Program-made: the position numbers and the translations under genes
Notes under the pieces: generated by a model
The model's input: only the letters and a program-made list of their open reading frames with translations
What the model was told of the DNA's origin: nothing
Databases searched by the model: none
Shown: positions 8,872 through 18,656 of the stretch, one piece after another
Position numbering within the stretch: position 1 is the stretch's first letter
Layout of the letters: every line of letters starts with the position of its first letter
Source: Gemmatimonadales bacterium
GTDB lineage: Bacteria; Gemmatimonadota; Gemmatimonadetes; Gemmatimonadales; GWC2-71-9
Reading direction: 5' to 3'
DNA: 64,000 nucleotides
Assembly: GCA_039794085.1 (NCBI GenBank)
Contig: JBDIWC010000008.1
Coordinates: forward strand, 1-64,000

Positions 8872-10151
8872 AAGAGCGGGGCGCCGGTGGCGCGTTCGAG
8901 CGCGGCGCGGCGCGCGATGTATTCCGCCCGGAGGGCGGCGTAGGTTGTTTCAGCTTCCTGATAGGCACGCACCGAATCGAGCCACTCGAGTTGGGAGATT
9001 TCGCCTTCGGCGTAGGCGGCCGCGGCGGCCTCCTGGGCCTTTACCGCTTCGTCCCCCAGCTGCTCCTGCAACTCGGCCAGTTGCCCGGCAAGGGCCTGGT
9101 GTGAGGCGTAGAGGTCCTGGACCTCGCGCACCGCCTGCCGGCGGGCCAGCTCAACCTGCGCGTCGTAGCGGGCCGCCTCCGCCCGTGCCTCGGTGACGGC
9201 CCCACCCCGGCGGTCCCAGAGCGGGAGCGGCAGGCTCACCCCGGCGACAAAGCCGCGCAACGACTCCCCCGTGGCGGGATGCTCGCCCTTGTAACCGCCG
9301 ATCAGGACCGGCGTGGGAGTGCGTCCCGCACCGGCCACCCGAATGTTCGCCGCGGCCGACCGGGCTTCGAGTTGGGTCACCCGGAGGTCGGTCCGGCTGC
9401 GGAGTGCCATGGCGACGAGGGAATCGACGGACAGGTCGAGCGGAGCCGGCGTCACCGTGTCGACCAGCAGGAACTCCCCGAGGGCGTCGTACCGGCCCGA
9501 ACCACCAACCAGGAGCGAGAGGGCGCGGAGTGCGCTGTCCCGGGCGATCATGGCCTCCGATCGGAGCGTTGCGTAACGGGCGGCTTCCAGCAGGAGCCGC
9601 CGATGCTGGTAGCCTGAGACGTCGCCGTCGGCGAGCCGAGCCTGGCTGACCCGGCGGGCCGATTCAAACGCAAGCGCAGCCCCTTCGGCGAGGGTGGCAC
9701 GTCGTTGGCCCGCCACCGCGGCGGCGTAGGTTCGAGCCACCTCGTAGTCCACTCGGGCCCTCGTCGCGGCCAGCCTGGCCTCGGCTGCCTCGCGTTCCAG
9801 GCCGGCCACTCGGCGACGGGCCCCGCGCTGGCCACCGATCTCGAACGGCTGCTCCAGCGTCACGATGTCCTGCGCGTTGGTCTCATTCGACCGGGAAGTC
9901 TGCTCGCGGGCATAGGAGAGGGTGGGATTGGGCCAGGCACCGGCCTGGCGCTCGCGTCCGACCGAGGCGGCGACGGCCTGACGCGCGGCGACCAGCTCCG
10001 GACTGGCCTGGCGGGCTCGGGCTCGCGCTTCGGCCAGGGTGAGCGGCCGGGCGGGCGCGTTCGCCGGGATTTGGGCCGCGAGGGGGTGGCCCACCATCAC
10101 GATCATGGCGGCCGCCCACAGAGGCATGCGGTTCGGTAGAGTCATACCCAT
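8868..10151 (-). CDS. czcC: TolC-family outer membrane efflux protein (CzcC-like)
   Basis: Signal peptide; WPNPTL, SLPLPLWDR and YAEGEISQLEWLD OEP motifs; operon context. Confidence 0.88.
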   Translation of the reverse strand: MGMTLPNRMPLWAAAMIVMVGHPLAAQIPANAPARPLTLAEARARARQASPELVAARQAVAASVGRERQAGAWPNPTLSYAREQTSRSNETNAQDIVTLEQPFEIGGQRGARRRVAGLEREAAEARLAATRARVDYEVARTYAAAVAGQRRATLAEGAALAFESARRVSQARLADGDVSGYQHRRLLLEAARYATLRSEAMIARDSALRALSLLVGGSGRYDALGEFLLVDTVTPAPLDLSVDSLVAMALRSRTDLRVTQLEARSAAANIRVAGAGRTPTPVLIGGYKGEHPATGESLRGFVAGVSLPLPLWDRRGGAVTEARAEAARYDAQVELARRQAVREVQDLYASHQALAGQLAELQEQLGDEAVKAQEAAAAAYAEGEISQLEWLDSVRAYQEAETTYAALRAEYIARRAALERATGAPLL

Positions 10152-10284
10152 TTCTTTCCCTGACAAAAGGTGGCTGGCGGGCGGTGGCCCGCGACACCGA
10201 AACGCCCGGACATTCACCGGAGAGACGGTGTGGCCGTGGTGCGTTCGAAGTCATCGGACACTCGTGCGGAGTGCCCGACGCGTG

Positions 10285-10728
10285 TCAGGAGAGGGGGGGA
10301 GCTCGGCTGGGAAGTGGGGGTCCGTGACTTCGGAGGATCAGCACGGGCCGACTCCGGGAAAGCGCCACCGGCGATGCAGGTTCCGTCGCGTCCAGGAGGA
10401 ACTCGGCCACGGTCCCGGCGGCGAGGGCGAGGAGAAGCGAAGGCTTGGTGGGGGCTATCGGGTGGAGCTCGAAGTGCGGGTGGACCGCCACAGTCTGCGT
10501 ACCGACGGCCAGCATGTCTGGTTGGCCGTGGACCTCATCGGCTTCCGGGCCGTCGTGATGGTGGCCGTGACCACCGTGGCCGTCCCCCCCCGGGGCTTGG
10601 AGGTGGGCCTCCGAATGGCGATGCGCCAGACTGTGCCCGATCTCCGGCAGGAGAACACCGAAGCCGAGAACCAGCAGGAGTATCGCGCCGGGGAGGCGGG
10701 ACCGGCGGAGGCGATGCATGGCAGGCAA
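10285..10728 (-). CDS. Small His-rich protein, CzcI-like position
   Basis: N-terminal hydrophobic helix, HGGHGHHHDG tract and C-terminal SRAPP; first gene of the efflux operon. Confidence 0.6.
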   Translation of the reverse strand: MPAMHRLRRSRLPGAILLLVLGFGVLLPEIGHSLAHRHSEAHLQAPGGDGHGGHGHHHDGPEADEVHGQPDMLAVGTQTVAVHPHFELHPIAPTKPSLLLALAAGTVAEFLLDATEPASPVALSRSRPVLILRSHGPPLPSRAPPLS

Positions 10729-10851
10729 GGTAACACGGGTCTCGACAGGATGTCCACACGAACACCCCGAGGGGCCGGGGGTGGGGCCGGGGGTGAGGGC
10801 CCCTACGAACCGATGTACGAAGGGATCCGCCGGGAACCGAAGGGAATGCAG

Positions 10852-10925
10852 TGGGCGATGAGGGGCTCGAACCCCCGACCTCGCGCATGTGAGGCGCGCG
10901 CTCTAACCAGCTGAGCTAATCGCCC
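10852..10925 (-). tRNA. tRNA-Val(CAC)
   Basis: GGGCGATTAGCTCAGCTGGTTAGAGC...CGCGC-CTCACAT-GCGCG...GGTTCGAGCCCC...TCGCCCA cloverleaf; CCA not encoded. Confidence 0.95.
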
Positions 10926-11015
10926 GGCGGGACCTATCTTAATCCGGTTCCGGGCGTCCGACAAGCTCCCGGCCCTTCCCATCGGGTTCCCTTTCTGCCC
11001 AGCGAAGCCACTGGT

Positions 11016-12761
11016 TTACTTGCCCTTCACCTCGAAGATCTCGAAGGGACGCACGGTGCGGGCGGTGAACCCGTTGGAGAGCTTCGCCTCGACCACCAGC
11101 TGGTAGCGGCCCTTGGCGAGCCGGGAGAGGTCGACCCCGAGGGAGGACGCTTCGATGTCCCCCCACCGTTCCCGGTTGTCGGTCCAGTCGATTCGGAGCG
11201 GGGTCTTCCCCTCCGGCATCTCCCGGACCGCTCCCAGGTGCGAGTCCACCGGCTTCCCCGCCTCGACCGCCAGCAACGAGAGGGTGACGGGCCCCGCTCC
11301 GAACCCGTACATCTCCCAAAAGATTGAGATGTTGGCTCCCACGGGGACACGGGTCGTGGTGAGGGCCACATCCACCGCCTCCTCCAACCGGGTTGGCAAG
11401 GTGTCGGCTTCGAGAAAGAGAATGTCACTCATCCCGAAGGCGAGCCGTCCCATCTTGTCCCGCAGGGGTTCAACGAGGTAACGATCCCGGGCCAGGGCAT
11501 CGGCGAGACTGTCGCGGACCGCCACATCCACCAGGAGGGGGCGCCAGGGAGCGGCGCCGATCAGACGCGCGATTCCATTTCGAAGCGGAGCGCGGTGGAC
11601 GATGGGGGCGGTGTTGGGATCCCGGGCCAGTGCCAGGACCGCCAGGCTTCCGGGACCAAACCAGGGAGGTCCGGGGGAGGGGTAGACGGCTGCCACCAGG
11701 GTGGAATCCCCCCGTTCGAAGAGGGCGGCCTGGGTCTCCTTCGGAGTGACCATCCGGTGGATCCAGGTCGGGGCGTAGCGAAGGTGCGGTCGCCCGGCAT
11801 CGAGATCCCAGAACGGGCCGAGAGGGGGTGGAGGACCATTGGGCTCCCACCACCACTCCTCAGGAGCGACCGTGTAGGCGGGACGCGGCTCGTATCCCTG
11901 GACCTGGGTCCGGTTTCCGCTCCCCGTTTTCGTGAACCGGATGGACCACCCGTACCGGAGGATCATGTCTCCCTCGCCCTGGGAAAAGGGCGCCCCATAG
12001 GCGGTGGCCGCATTCTCGAGAAGGCGGTTCATGACCTGCCGGGACCGGATCTCGGTTTCCAGGTCGTTGACCGTGTCGCCCAGAAACGGATCGGCGAGCC
12101 AGAGAAACTGCCGGTTCATGGCCCGCCGCTGGGTGCAGTCCATGTTGAGGTAGCGGCTGTTCTCACCCTGCCGGTAGAGCGGGCTGAAGTCCTCCCAGAT
12201 GCACCGGCCTGCCGGGGTCATCCGCCGATATGCCCGATCATAGAACGCGGCCGAGGCGGCGTACCGGCCGGCCGCGTGGTGGGCCAGGCCGCGCAGCGCC
12301 TCGCACCACCAGGAGGGTGTCCTGCACGCCTCGGCCACGCGGGTCGCTTCCTCGGGATCCCCCGCTTCCACGAGATACCGCACCCGCTGGCCGGCGATCC
12401 AATCGTCCCCCGGGAGGCGTTCGGCATATTCGGCCAACCGTTCGAGCAGGGTCCGGCGGGCGGCGTTGACCGCGGGGGGTTCCTCGGGGAGAGGGGCATC
12501 ATGCCCCTCGTACCAGTAGCAGAACCCTCCGAAATTCTCGTCGCACTTCCCGCCGTTCCCCTTTCCAGGGGGCAGCATGCTGCGTCGTCTCAACTCGAAG
12601 GAGGCCTGAGCCTGGCGGGCCTCGTCGTGGATATTGGCGGAGTCCCGAGCCGTACTCTGCGCCTGAAGGAGGGGCGACGACGGGGTGACCAGTGCCCCAG
12701 CCACCACGAGACACGCCCATGAGCGACAGAGGGAGACGGATCGGGCGGGAATCAGCATCAT
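11016..12761 (-). CDS. Secreted hypothetical protein with TPR-like helices and paired Cys
   Basis: Long ORF with host-like codon use, signal-like N-terminus and GGAG RBS; start uncertain. Confidence 0.7.
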   Translation of the reverse strand: MMLIPARSVSLCRSWACLVVAGALVTPSSPLLQAQSTARDSANIHDEARQAQASFELRRRSMLPPGKGNGGKCDENFGGFCYWYEGHDAPLPEEPPAVNAARRTLLERLAEYAERLPGDDWIAGQRVRYLVEAGDPEEATRVAEACRTPSWWCEALRGLAHHAAGRYAASAAFYDRAYRRMTPAGRCIWEDFSPLYRQGENSRYLNMDCTQRRAMNRQFLWLADPFLGDTVNDLETEIRSRQVMNRLLENAATAYGAPFSQGEGDMILRYGWSIRFTKTGSGNRTQVQGYEPRPAYTVAPEEWWWEPNGPPPPLGPFWDLDAGRPHLRYAPTWIHRMVTPKETQAALFERGDSTLVAAVYPSPGPPWFGPGSLAVLALARDPNTAPIVHRAPLRNGIARLIGAAPWRPLLVDVAVRDSLADALARDRYLVEPLRDKMGRLAFGMSDILFLEADTLPTRLEEAVDVALTTTRVPVGANISIFWEMYGFGAGPVTLSLLAVEAGKPVDSHLGAVREMPEGKTPLRIDWTDNRERWGDIEASSLGVDLSRLAKGRYQLVVEAKLSNGFTARTVRPFEIFEVKGK

Positions 12762-12964
12762 ACTCCACGAAGAAGGTGGCGTTGAGGGGCTTGCACTGGT
12801 GGTGGAGACGAATCGTGGGTCGGCCGCATGCACAGTTTGGCCGACGGCGACTCCACTGAGGGACCCTGGAATACACGAGCCGGGAAGCCCGCTGGATGGG
12901 ATGACACGACTCCCGCCCCGGCGCCGACAGGAACCGGGGCGAGAGTGCGTCTTCGACGGAGGCC

Positions 12965-13477
12965 CTACTTCTTCCGACTCGTCGCCTTCTTCTTCTTGGC
13001 GAGCTTCTTCGCGGCCTTCTTTTTCACAACCTTTTTGGTCGTCTTCTTCGGAGCCGTTCCGGCTGTTCCCTTGTACATGCCGGCCTCGAGCTCAGCCCGG
13101 ATCCGCTTCGCCTCCTCCATGGTCTTGCGGTACCCGAGGTCCTTGCCGGAGATGTAGACCCGCTTGACCGGGCCCCCCTTCTTCGGCACATAAGCCACGG
13201 TGGCGGACTTGCGCTCGGCGTCCCACGCCACTCCGAGGATGCCGTGCTTGTTCCGGGCCTTGGAGACCACCATGCGGTCGGTGGCCGGCTTGCCGATGCG
13301 CGCCTCGGTCTCGTCCCGCCACTTGGCAGCCTCCTTCAGGGCAGCCTGCTTGCCCCGCTTGCCATCGGCGAACCACTTGCTGTGCAACCGCCCCTTCCAG
13401 GCGATCCGCACGAACCACCCGTAGTTGTTTTTCGACGGCTGGTCGATCCGGCTGATACCCTTCCATCGGAAAGCCAA
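12965..13477 (-). CDS. AP2-like DNA-binding protein with Lys/Ala-rich histone H1-like tail
   Basis: AGGAGG 6 nt before TTG at 13477; KGISRID...GWFVRI...SKWFAD...AALKEAAKWRD AP2-like repeat plus a weaker second one; tail PKKTTKKVVKKKAAKKLAKKKKATSRKK. Confidence 0.75.
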   Translation of the reverse strand: MAFRWKGISRIDQPSKNNYGWFVRIAWKGRLHSKWFADGKRGKQAALKEAAKWRDETEARIGKPATDRMVVSKARNKHGILGVAWDAERKSATVAYVPKKGGPVKRVYISGKDLGYRKTMEEAKRIRAELEAGMYKGTAGTAPKKTTKKVVKKKAAKKLAKKKKATSRKK

Positions 13478-13591
13478 GGACAACCTCCTGTGGGAGACTG
13501 AACGGAATGAAGGAAACCTGTGCGGAACAATATAACGCAAAGCCTGCTAGGTACCAAGCGTTGGAGATCTCCAGTACTGAGATTCCACCAA

Positions 13592-13665
<74 letters not shown>

Positions 13666-13731
13666 GCACTTCACGAAGTATAGCCTCCTTCCCCCCCCCC
13701 GTCCGCACCTGACCAAGCCTGACTCCGGGAT

Positions 13732-14823
13732 TCACTCCTCGCGCGGGGGTTTCGGGGATTCCACAACTTCTGAGTAGAGGGCAATGTGCCGTCGGGCCAT
13801 TTGCTCCCGGCTGAACTGTTCCCGCACCCGGGTGCGCCCTCCGCGACCCAGCCGTTCCCGCAGAGACGGGTCTCCGGCCAGGCGTTGCATCGCGGTGGCC
13901 AACCCCTCCACGTCACGAACGGCCACCTCGAACCCGGTCTGGTCCGGCACGTTCACCTCCCGCACTCCGCTCGGCACCGCGGTGGTGATGACCGGCCGGC
14001 CGGCGGCCATCGCTTCGAGAACCACCAGGCCAAACTTCTCGTCCACGGTCGTGGAGGGAAGCACGAGGAAGTCCGCGTCGGCCATCCGGCGCGGCAGGTC
14101 CTCATCGGGATACTCGCCGAACCACCGCACCCGGTCCTGAACCGCCAGGGCCTGGCTGAGGGTGCGCACGCGGTTGAGGTCCGGTCCGGAGCCGACAACA
14201 TCCAGGTGGAGACCCGGTGTCCGCTCCAGCGCGCGCAGAAGAATGTCCACTCCCTTCCATCGAACAATGGGGCCGATGAAGATCGCCCGGGGCGGATTTC
14301 CCGGAACCGGAGCCGGGACCACTTCCCAGCGCCGGGTGTCGATGCCAAAGGGGATGACGCTCACCTTGGATTCCGACCTGTCCAACTCGCAGCACATGGC
14401 GATATGAGCCCGGCTGGGGACGACGATGGCGCGTGCTCTCCGAAGCACCAGGCGGGCCAATGGCCTCTGGATGGGGTGGGGATTGTCGGCGTGTTGGGTG
14501 ACCACCACCGGGGTTCGTCCGAAGGACAGCAGCGACACCACATCGGCGAGAGCGTGCGGGTGGTGCACATGAATGAGATCGGCGCTTCGCCAGGCGGCCC
14601 GCAGGTAGCCCGGGGCGATCTCCGCACCCACCGCACCGAAGGAGTAGGCCCGGGTGACCCGAATCGCGCTCCGGGGTCCGGTATGCCGATCGAGGAAGCG
14701 CTCGACCGCCACCACCTCGACATGATGTCCCAGCTCACCGACCGCTTCGGCGAGATCTTGAACCACGCGGGCCATGCCGCCCGACCGGGGCCAATAGTAC
14801 TTGGCCAAGTGAAGGATGCGCAT
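13732..14823 (-). CDS. Glycosyltransferase family 4
   Basis: MRILHLAKYY start; EKFGLVVLEAMAAGRPV motif. Confidence 0.9.
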   Translation of the reverse strand: MRILHLAKYYWPRSGGMARVVQDLAEAVGELGHHVEVVAVERFLDRHTGPRSAIRVTRAYSFGAVGAEIAPGYLRAAWRSADLIHVHHPHALADVVSLLSFGRTPVVVTQHADNPHPIQRPLARLVLRRARAIVVPSRAHIAMCCELDRSESKVSVIPFGIDTRRWEVVPAPVPGNPPRAIFIGPIVRWKGVDILLRALERTPGLHLDVVGSGPDLNRVRTLSQALAVQDRVRWFGEYPDEDLPRRMADADFLVLPSTTVDEKFGLVVLEAMAAGRPVITTAVPSGVREVNVPDQTGFEVAVRDVEGLATAMQRLAGDPSLRERLGRGGRTRVREQFSREQMARRHIALYSEVVESPKPPREE

Positions 14824-14865
14824 TTGCGCTTGGAACTTAACCTCAAGGGTGCGATAATACCGCCC

Positions 14866-15945
14866 GTGCGCGTTGCCGTCCTTTCCCACACCTTCCTCGA
14901 CCCGGTCGGCCGAAGCAAGCTTCGGGCCCTCGCCGGCCTCGGGGTCCACGTGACCGCCCTCCTTCCGGGAGGGATGGCTTCCACGGACGGCCATGTCCGG
15001 TTGGCCCCCGTCGACGTTGATGGCGACCCTACCCTCCCCGACTCGATCCGGTGGAGTGGTCGCAGTCTCCGGCGCCTTCTGTCCGACCTCCGCCCCGACC
15101 TGTTGCAGATCGAGGAGGCGCCGGATTCCCCGGGTGCCACCGTGGCCGCCGCCGAGGCCCGCCGTCTGGGCATACCGTACACGCTGTTCACGTGGGACAG
15201 CGTTCCCCGCAAGCGGTCACTCCTGGAGAATCGTCGCTATCGCAAGGTGACCCTGGGGGCAGTCGGCCTCATCGGCGGGAATCAGCTCGCCGCCGCCCTC
15301 CTCCAGGCCGAGGCCCCCCACACACCCGTGGTGGTTCTTCCCCAGACCGGCGTGACTTTCCCAGGCCACGCGGACCGGCGGCGTTCCTCCGCGGACGCAA
15401 CACTCCGGATCGGTTTCGTGGGCCGGCTCGTCCCCGAGCGCGGCGCCGACCTCCTCCTCCGGGCCGTGGCCCAGGTCATGGGGCCCTGGCGCCTGGACGT
15501 CGTGGGAACCGGCCCGGCTCTGGAGGAACTGGAGACCTTGGCCCAACGACTGGGCCTGGCCTCCCGCCTCGTGTGGCATGGTGCCATGGACCGGGACTCG
15601 GTCGATCGCCTCTGGGGGGAGTTTGACTGCCTGGTCGTCCCCTCCCGGAGCACCACGACCTGGACCGAGACTTTCTCGCCGATGCTCGTACGGGCCATGG
15701 CCTCCGGTGTGGCCCCCATCGTCACCCGGACCGGCGCCCTCCCGGAGATCGTGGACACGGCGGGAGCCGTCGTGACGGGGGAGGAGGATCTGGCTCTGGT
15801 TCTCCAGACCTGGCTGGCGGAGCCCTCTCGTCACCGCCAGGCGGGAGAAGCCGCCCGGAGCCGTGTCCTCGCCGAGTATTCCGATTCCGTCATCGCGGAA
15901 CGAACCCTGGGCTTCTGGGACTGCCTGCTCGGAGACGGGGCCTGA
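14866..15945 (+). CDS. Glycosyltransferase family 4
   Basis: GTG at 14866; IGFVGRLVPERG and ETFSPMLVRAMASGV motifs. Confidence 0.85.
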   Translation: MRVAVLSHTFLDPVGRSKLRALAGLGVHVTALLPGGMASTDGHVRLAPVDVDGDPTLPDSIRWSGRSLRRLLSDLRPDLLQIEEAPDSPGATVAAAEARRLGIPYTLFTWDSVPRKRSLLENRRYRKVTLGAVGLIGGNQLAAALLQAEAPHTPVVVLPQTGVTFPGHADRRRSSADATLRIGFVGRLVPERGADLLLRAVAQVMGPWRLDVVGTGPALEELETLAQRLGLASRLVWHGAMDRDSVDRLWGEFDCLVVPSRSTTTWTETFSPMLVRAMASGVAPIVTRTGALPEIVDTAGAVVTGEEDLALVLQTWLAEPSRHRQAGEAARSRVLAEYSDSVIAERTLGFWDCLLGDGA

Positions 15946-15972
15946 CCCTCACCGGGTTCACTGCGGGGGCCG

Positions 15973-17280
15973 TCATACCCTCACTCTCTCCCCGTCCTCG
16001 TCCTGGTGCCCGATCACCTCCACGGGCGTGCCCTTGTCCCGCAGTCTCTGGACCTGCCAGAGCGCGAGCCGAACGGTGATCCGAATGCTCTCCTCCTCAT
16101 CCACCCGCGCCACCACGTCTCCGAGGCGGTAAAGCTCCGCCAGCCCCGCTCCGTCGCCGGGAGCCAGCGTCACGACCACGGTGGGAACCCCGCGCCGAGC
16201 CTGCTCGCGCAGCCGGCGCTTCAACGTCAGCAGCCCGTCGGTTCGGACCGTCGTCGTGAACACCGCGTCGGGAAACCCATGCTGCACCGAGTCGGCCAGA
16301 CCCCGCGCATCCGGCACCGCATCCATCTTGTTGAACAGGTGCCAGCATTCCACGTCCTGGACACCCAATTCCGCCAGGACCCCGTCCACCACCTCCACCT
16401 GTTCCCGCCAGTCGGGAGAACTCGCGTCGACCACATGCAGGAGCAGGTCGGCCTCCCGCACCTCCTCCAGGGTCGCCCGGAAGCTGGCCACGAGGTGGTG
16501 CGGCAACTTCCGGATGAAGCCGACCGTGTCGGTCAGGCGAGCCCGTATCCCGTCCCCCAGGTCCACTTCGCGGGTCAGCGTATCGAGCGTCGCAAAGAGG
16601 CGATCTTCCACCACGATCTCATGCACCCCGCTCAGGGCCCGCAGCAGGCTTGACTTGCCCGCGTTCGTGTAGCCGACCAGGGCGGCCGAAAGCATCGACC
16701 GGCGCCCGGATCGCACCGTTTCCCGGTGCCGCTCCACTCCCCGGAGTTTCTCCCGGAGCGAGGCGATCTTCTTCCGGATCATTCGGCGATCGGTTTCCAG
16801 CTGGGTTTCGCCGGGACCACGCAATCCGATCCCGCCGCGAATGCGGGACAAGTGGGTCCACATGCGGGTGAGACGGGGCAGGAGGTATTCCAACTGAGCC
16901 AGCTCCACCTGGAGTCTCGCCTCGTGACTCTGAGCCCGGGTGGAGAAGATGTCGAGGATCACCTCGGCCCGGTCCATGACCCGGATACCCAGTTCCCGTT
17001 CGAGGTTGGCGCCCTGGACCGGCGTCAGTTCCTCATCAAAAATGGCCAGCGTGGCTCCCCATTCCCCTATCCGTTCCCGTACCTCGGCGACCTTCCCTTC
17101 CCCGATCAGCGTCGCGGGACTCGGCGACACCACCTGCTGCGTAACCTCGCCGACGACCTCCGCCCCGGCGGTGTCCACCAGGCGGGTCAGTTCGTCCAGA
17201 TGTTCCCGCATGTCGGCCACGTCCCGGCTCCCTTTCCTCGGGGCTGCCACCAGAACGGCGCGCTCAACCGGAGGCTTCAC
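15973..17280 (-). CDS. hflX: GTPase HflX
   Basis: GPGETQLETDRR, GYTNAGKS, LFATLD and DTVGFI motifs. Confidence 0.95.
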   Translation of the reverse strand: MKPPVERAVLVAAPRKGSRDVADMREHLDELTRLVDTAGAEVVGEVTQQVVSPSPATLIGEGKVAEVRERIGEWGATLAIFDEELTPVQGANLERELGIRVMDRAEVILDIFSTRAQSHEARLQVELAQLEYLLPRLTRMWTHLSRIRGGIGLRGPGETQLETDRRMIRKKIASLREKLRGVERHRETVRSGRRSMLSAALVGYTNAGKSSLLRALSGVHEIVVEDRLFATLDTLTREVDLGDGIRARLTDTVGFIRKLPHHLVASFRATLEEVREADLLLHVVDASSPDWREQVEVVDGVLAELGVQDVECWHLFNKMDAVPDARGLADSVQHGFPDAVFTTTVRTDGLLTLKRRLREQARRGVPTVVVTLAPGDGAGLAELYRLGDVVARVDEEESIRITVRLALWQVQRLRDKGTPVEVIGHQDEDGERVRV

Positions 17281-17285
17281 ATCAA

Positions 17286-18656
17286 TCAGATCTCGGATGG
17301 GTCCCCCTTGTCCGTCGAGTTCATGGTGTTGCTCTGCTCGCCCGCTTCCTCACCGGCCCCGGTGGAGTGCATCGTGCTCCGAGCCCGCCACGCCGCCAGG
17401 CGCTCGGCGATCTTCCGTTCGACCCCTCGATCGCCGGGAACATACAGGGGCGGGGACACCTCCTTTGGGAGGTACGACTGGTCGGCCACACCGCCGGGGA
17501 GGTCGTGGGGATACTGGTATTCCACGCCGTACCCGAGCGACTCCATCAGGGCGGTCGGGGCGTTGCGCAGGTGGAGGGGCACCTCGGCCGCGGGCGTGGT
17601 GCGCGCCGCGTCCCGGGCGGCGTGGAGGGCACGCACCACGCTGTTGGACTTGGGTGCCCCGGCCAGATAAATGGTCAATTCCGTGAGCGGGAGGTACCCC
17701 TCGGGAGGCCCGAGATGCTGCCACGCCTCGCGGGCGGCCACGGCAAGGAGAAGGGCATTCGGGTCGGCCAGGCCGATGTCCTCCGCGGCCATGGCGGTGG
17801 CCCGCCGCAGGATGACCAGAGGATCCTCCCCCCCCTCGATCAGCCGGGCCATCCAGTAGAGCGCGCCATCGGGGTCGCTCCCCCGCAAGGATTTGTGATA
17901 GGCCGACAACAGGTTGAAGTGCCCCTCCCCGGCCCGGTCGTGACGGGCGGGACGATGCGCCCGGCCGGCCCGCACGGTGTCGAGGTCGAGATGCCCGCCT
18001 CGACCCACATGCCCCGCGGCCGCCTCCAGGCCGGTGAGGGCCCGTCGAGCGTCTCCGTCGCTCTCCACGGCCAGCCAGCGCAACGCATCGTCCTCCGCCG
18101 TGAGTGCCGCGTCGCCAAGCCCCCGATCCCGATCGGCAAGGGCTGTCCGCATGAGGTCGACGAGCTGATCCACCGTCAGCGGAGCCAGGACCCACACCCG
18201 GGTCCGGGAGAGGAGGGCCCCGTTCAGGGCAAAACTCGGATTCTCGGTCGTGGCCCCGACCAGAGTGAGGAGTCCGTTTTCCACGTGAGGGAGGAACGCG
18301 TCCTGCTGGCTCTTGTTGAAACGGTGGATCTCGTCACAGAAGAGTAGTGTTCCCTGGCCCAGTCGGCGCCGTTCCTCCGCCTCCTTCACCACCTCCCTCA
18401 CGCGCGCCACGCCATCGGTCACAGCGCTGAAGGGGACAAAGTGCCGGGACGTGTGACGGGCAACGAGATGCCCGAGCGTGGTCTTTCCGGATCCCGGAGG
18501 TCCCCAGAGGATCATCGACCCGGCATCGCCGCGACGAATCGAGTCGCCGAGCGCCTTCCCGGGCCCCAGGAGCTCGGCCTGCCCCACCATCTCCTCAAGG
18601 GTCCGGGGTCGCATCCGTGCCGCAAGGGGGGCGGGAGGATCGAAGAGCCCGCTCAC
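17286..18656 (-). CDS. rarA: Replication-associated recombination protein A (RarA/MgsA)
   Basis: [28 protein letters not shown] and [11 protein letters not shown] motifs. Confidence 0.93.
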   Translation of the reverse strand: MSGLFDPPAPLAARMRPRTLEEMVGQAELLGPGKALGDSIRRGDAGSMILWGPPGSGKTTLGHLVARHTSRHFVPFSAVTDGVARVREVVKEAEERRRLGQGTLLFCDEIHRFNKSQQDAFLPHVENGLLTLVGATTENPSFALNGALLSRTRVWVLAPLTVDQLVDLMRTALADRDRGLGDAALTAEDDALRWLAVESDGDARRALTGLEAAAGHVGRGGHLDLDTVRAGRAHRPARHDRAGEGHFNLLSAYHKSLRGSDPDGALYWMARLIEGGEDPLVILRRATAMAAEDIGLADPNALLLAVAAREAWQHLGPPEGYLPLTELTIYLAGAPKSNSVVRALHAARDAARTTPAAEVPLHLRNAPTALMESLGYGVEYQYPHDLPGGVADQSYLPKEVSPPLYVPGDRGVERKIAERLAAWRARSTMHSTGAGEEAGEQSNTMNSTDKGDPSEI

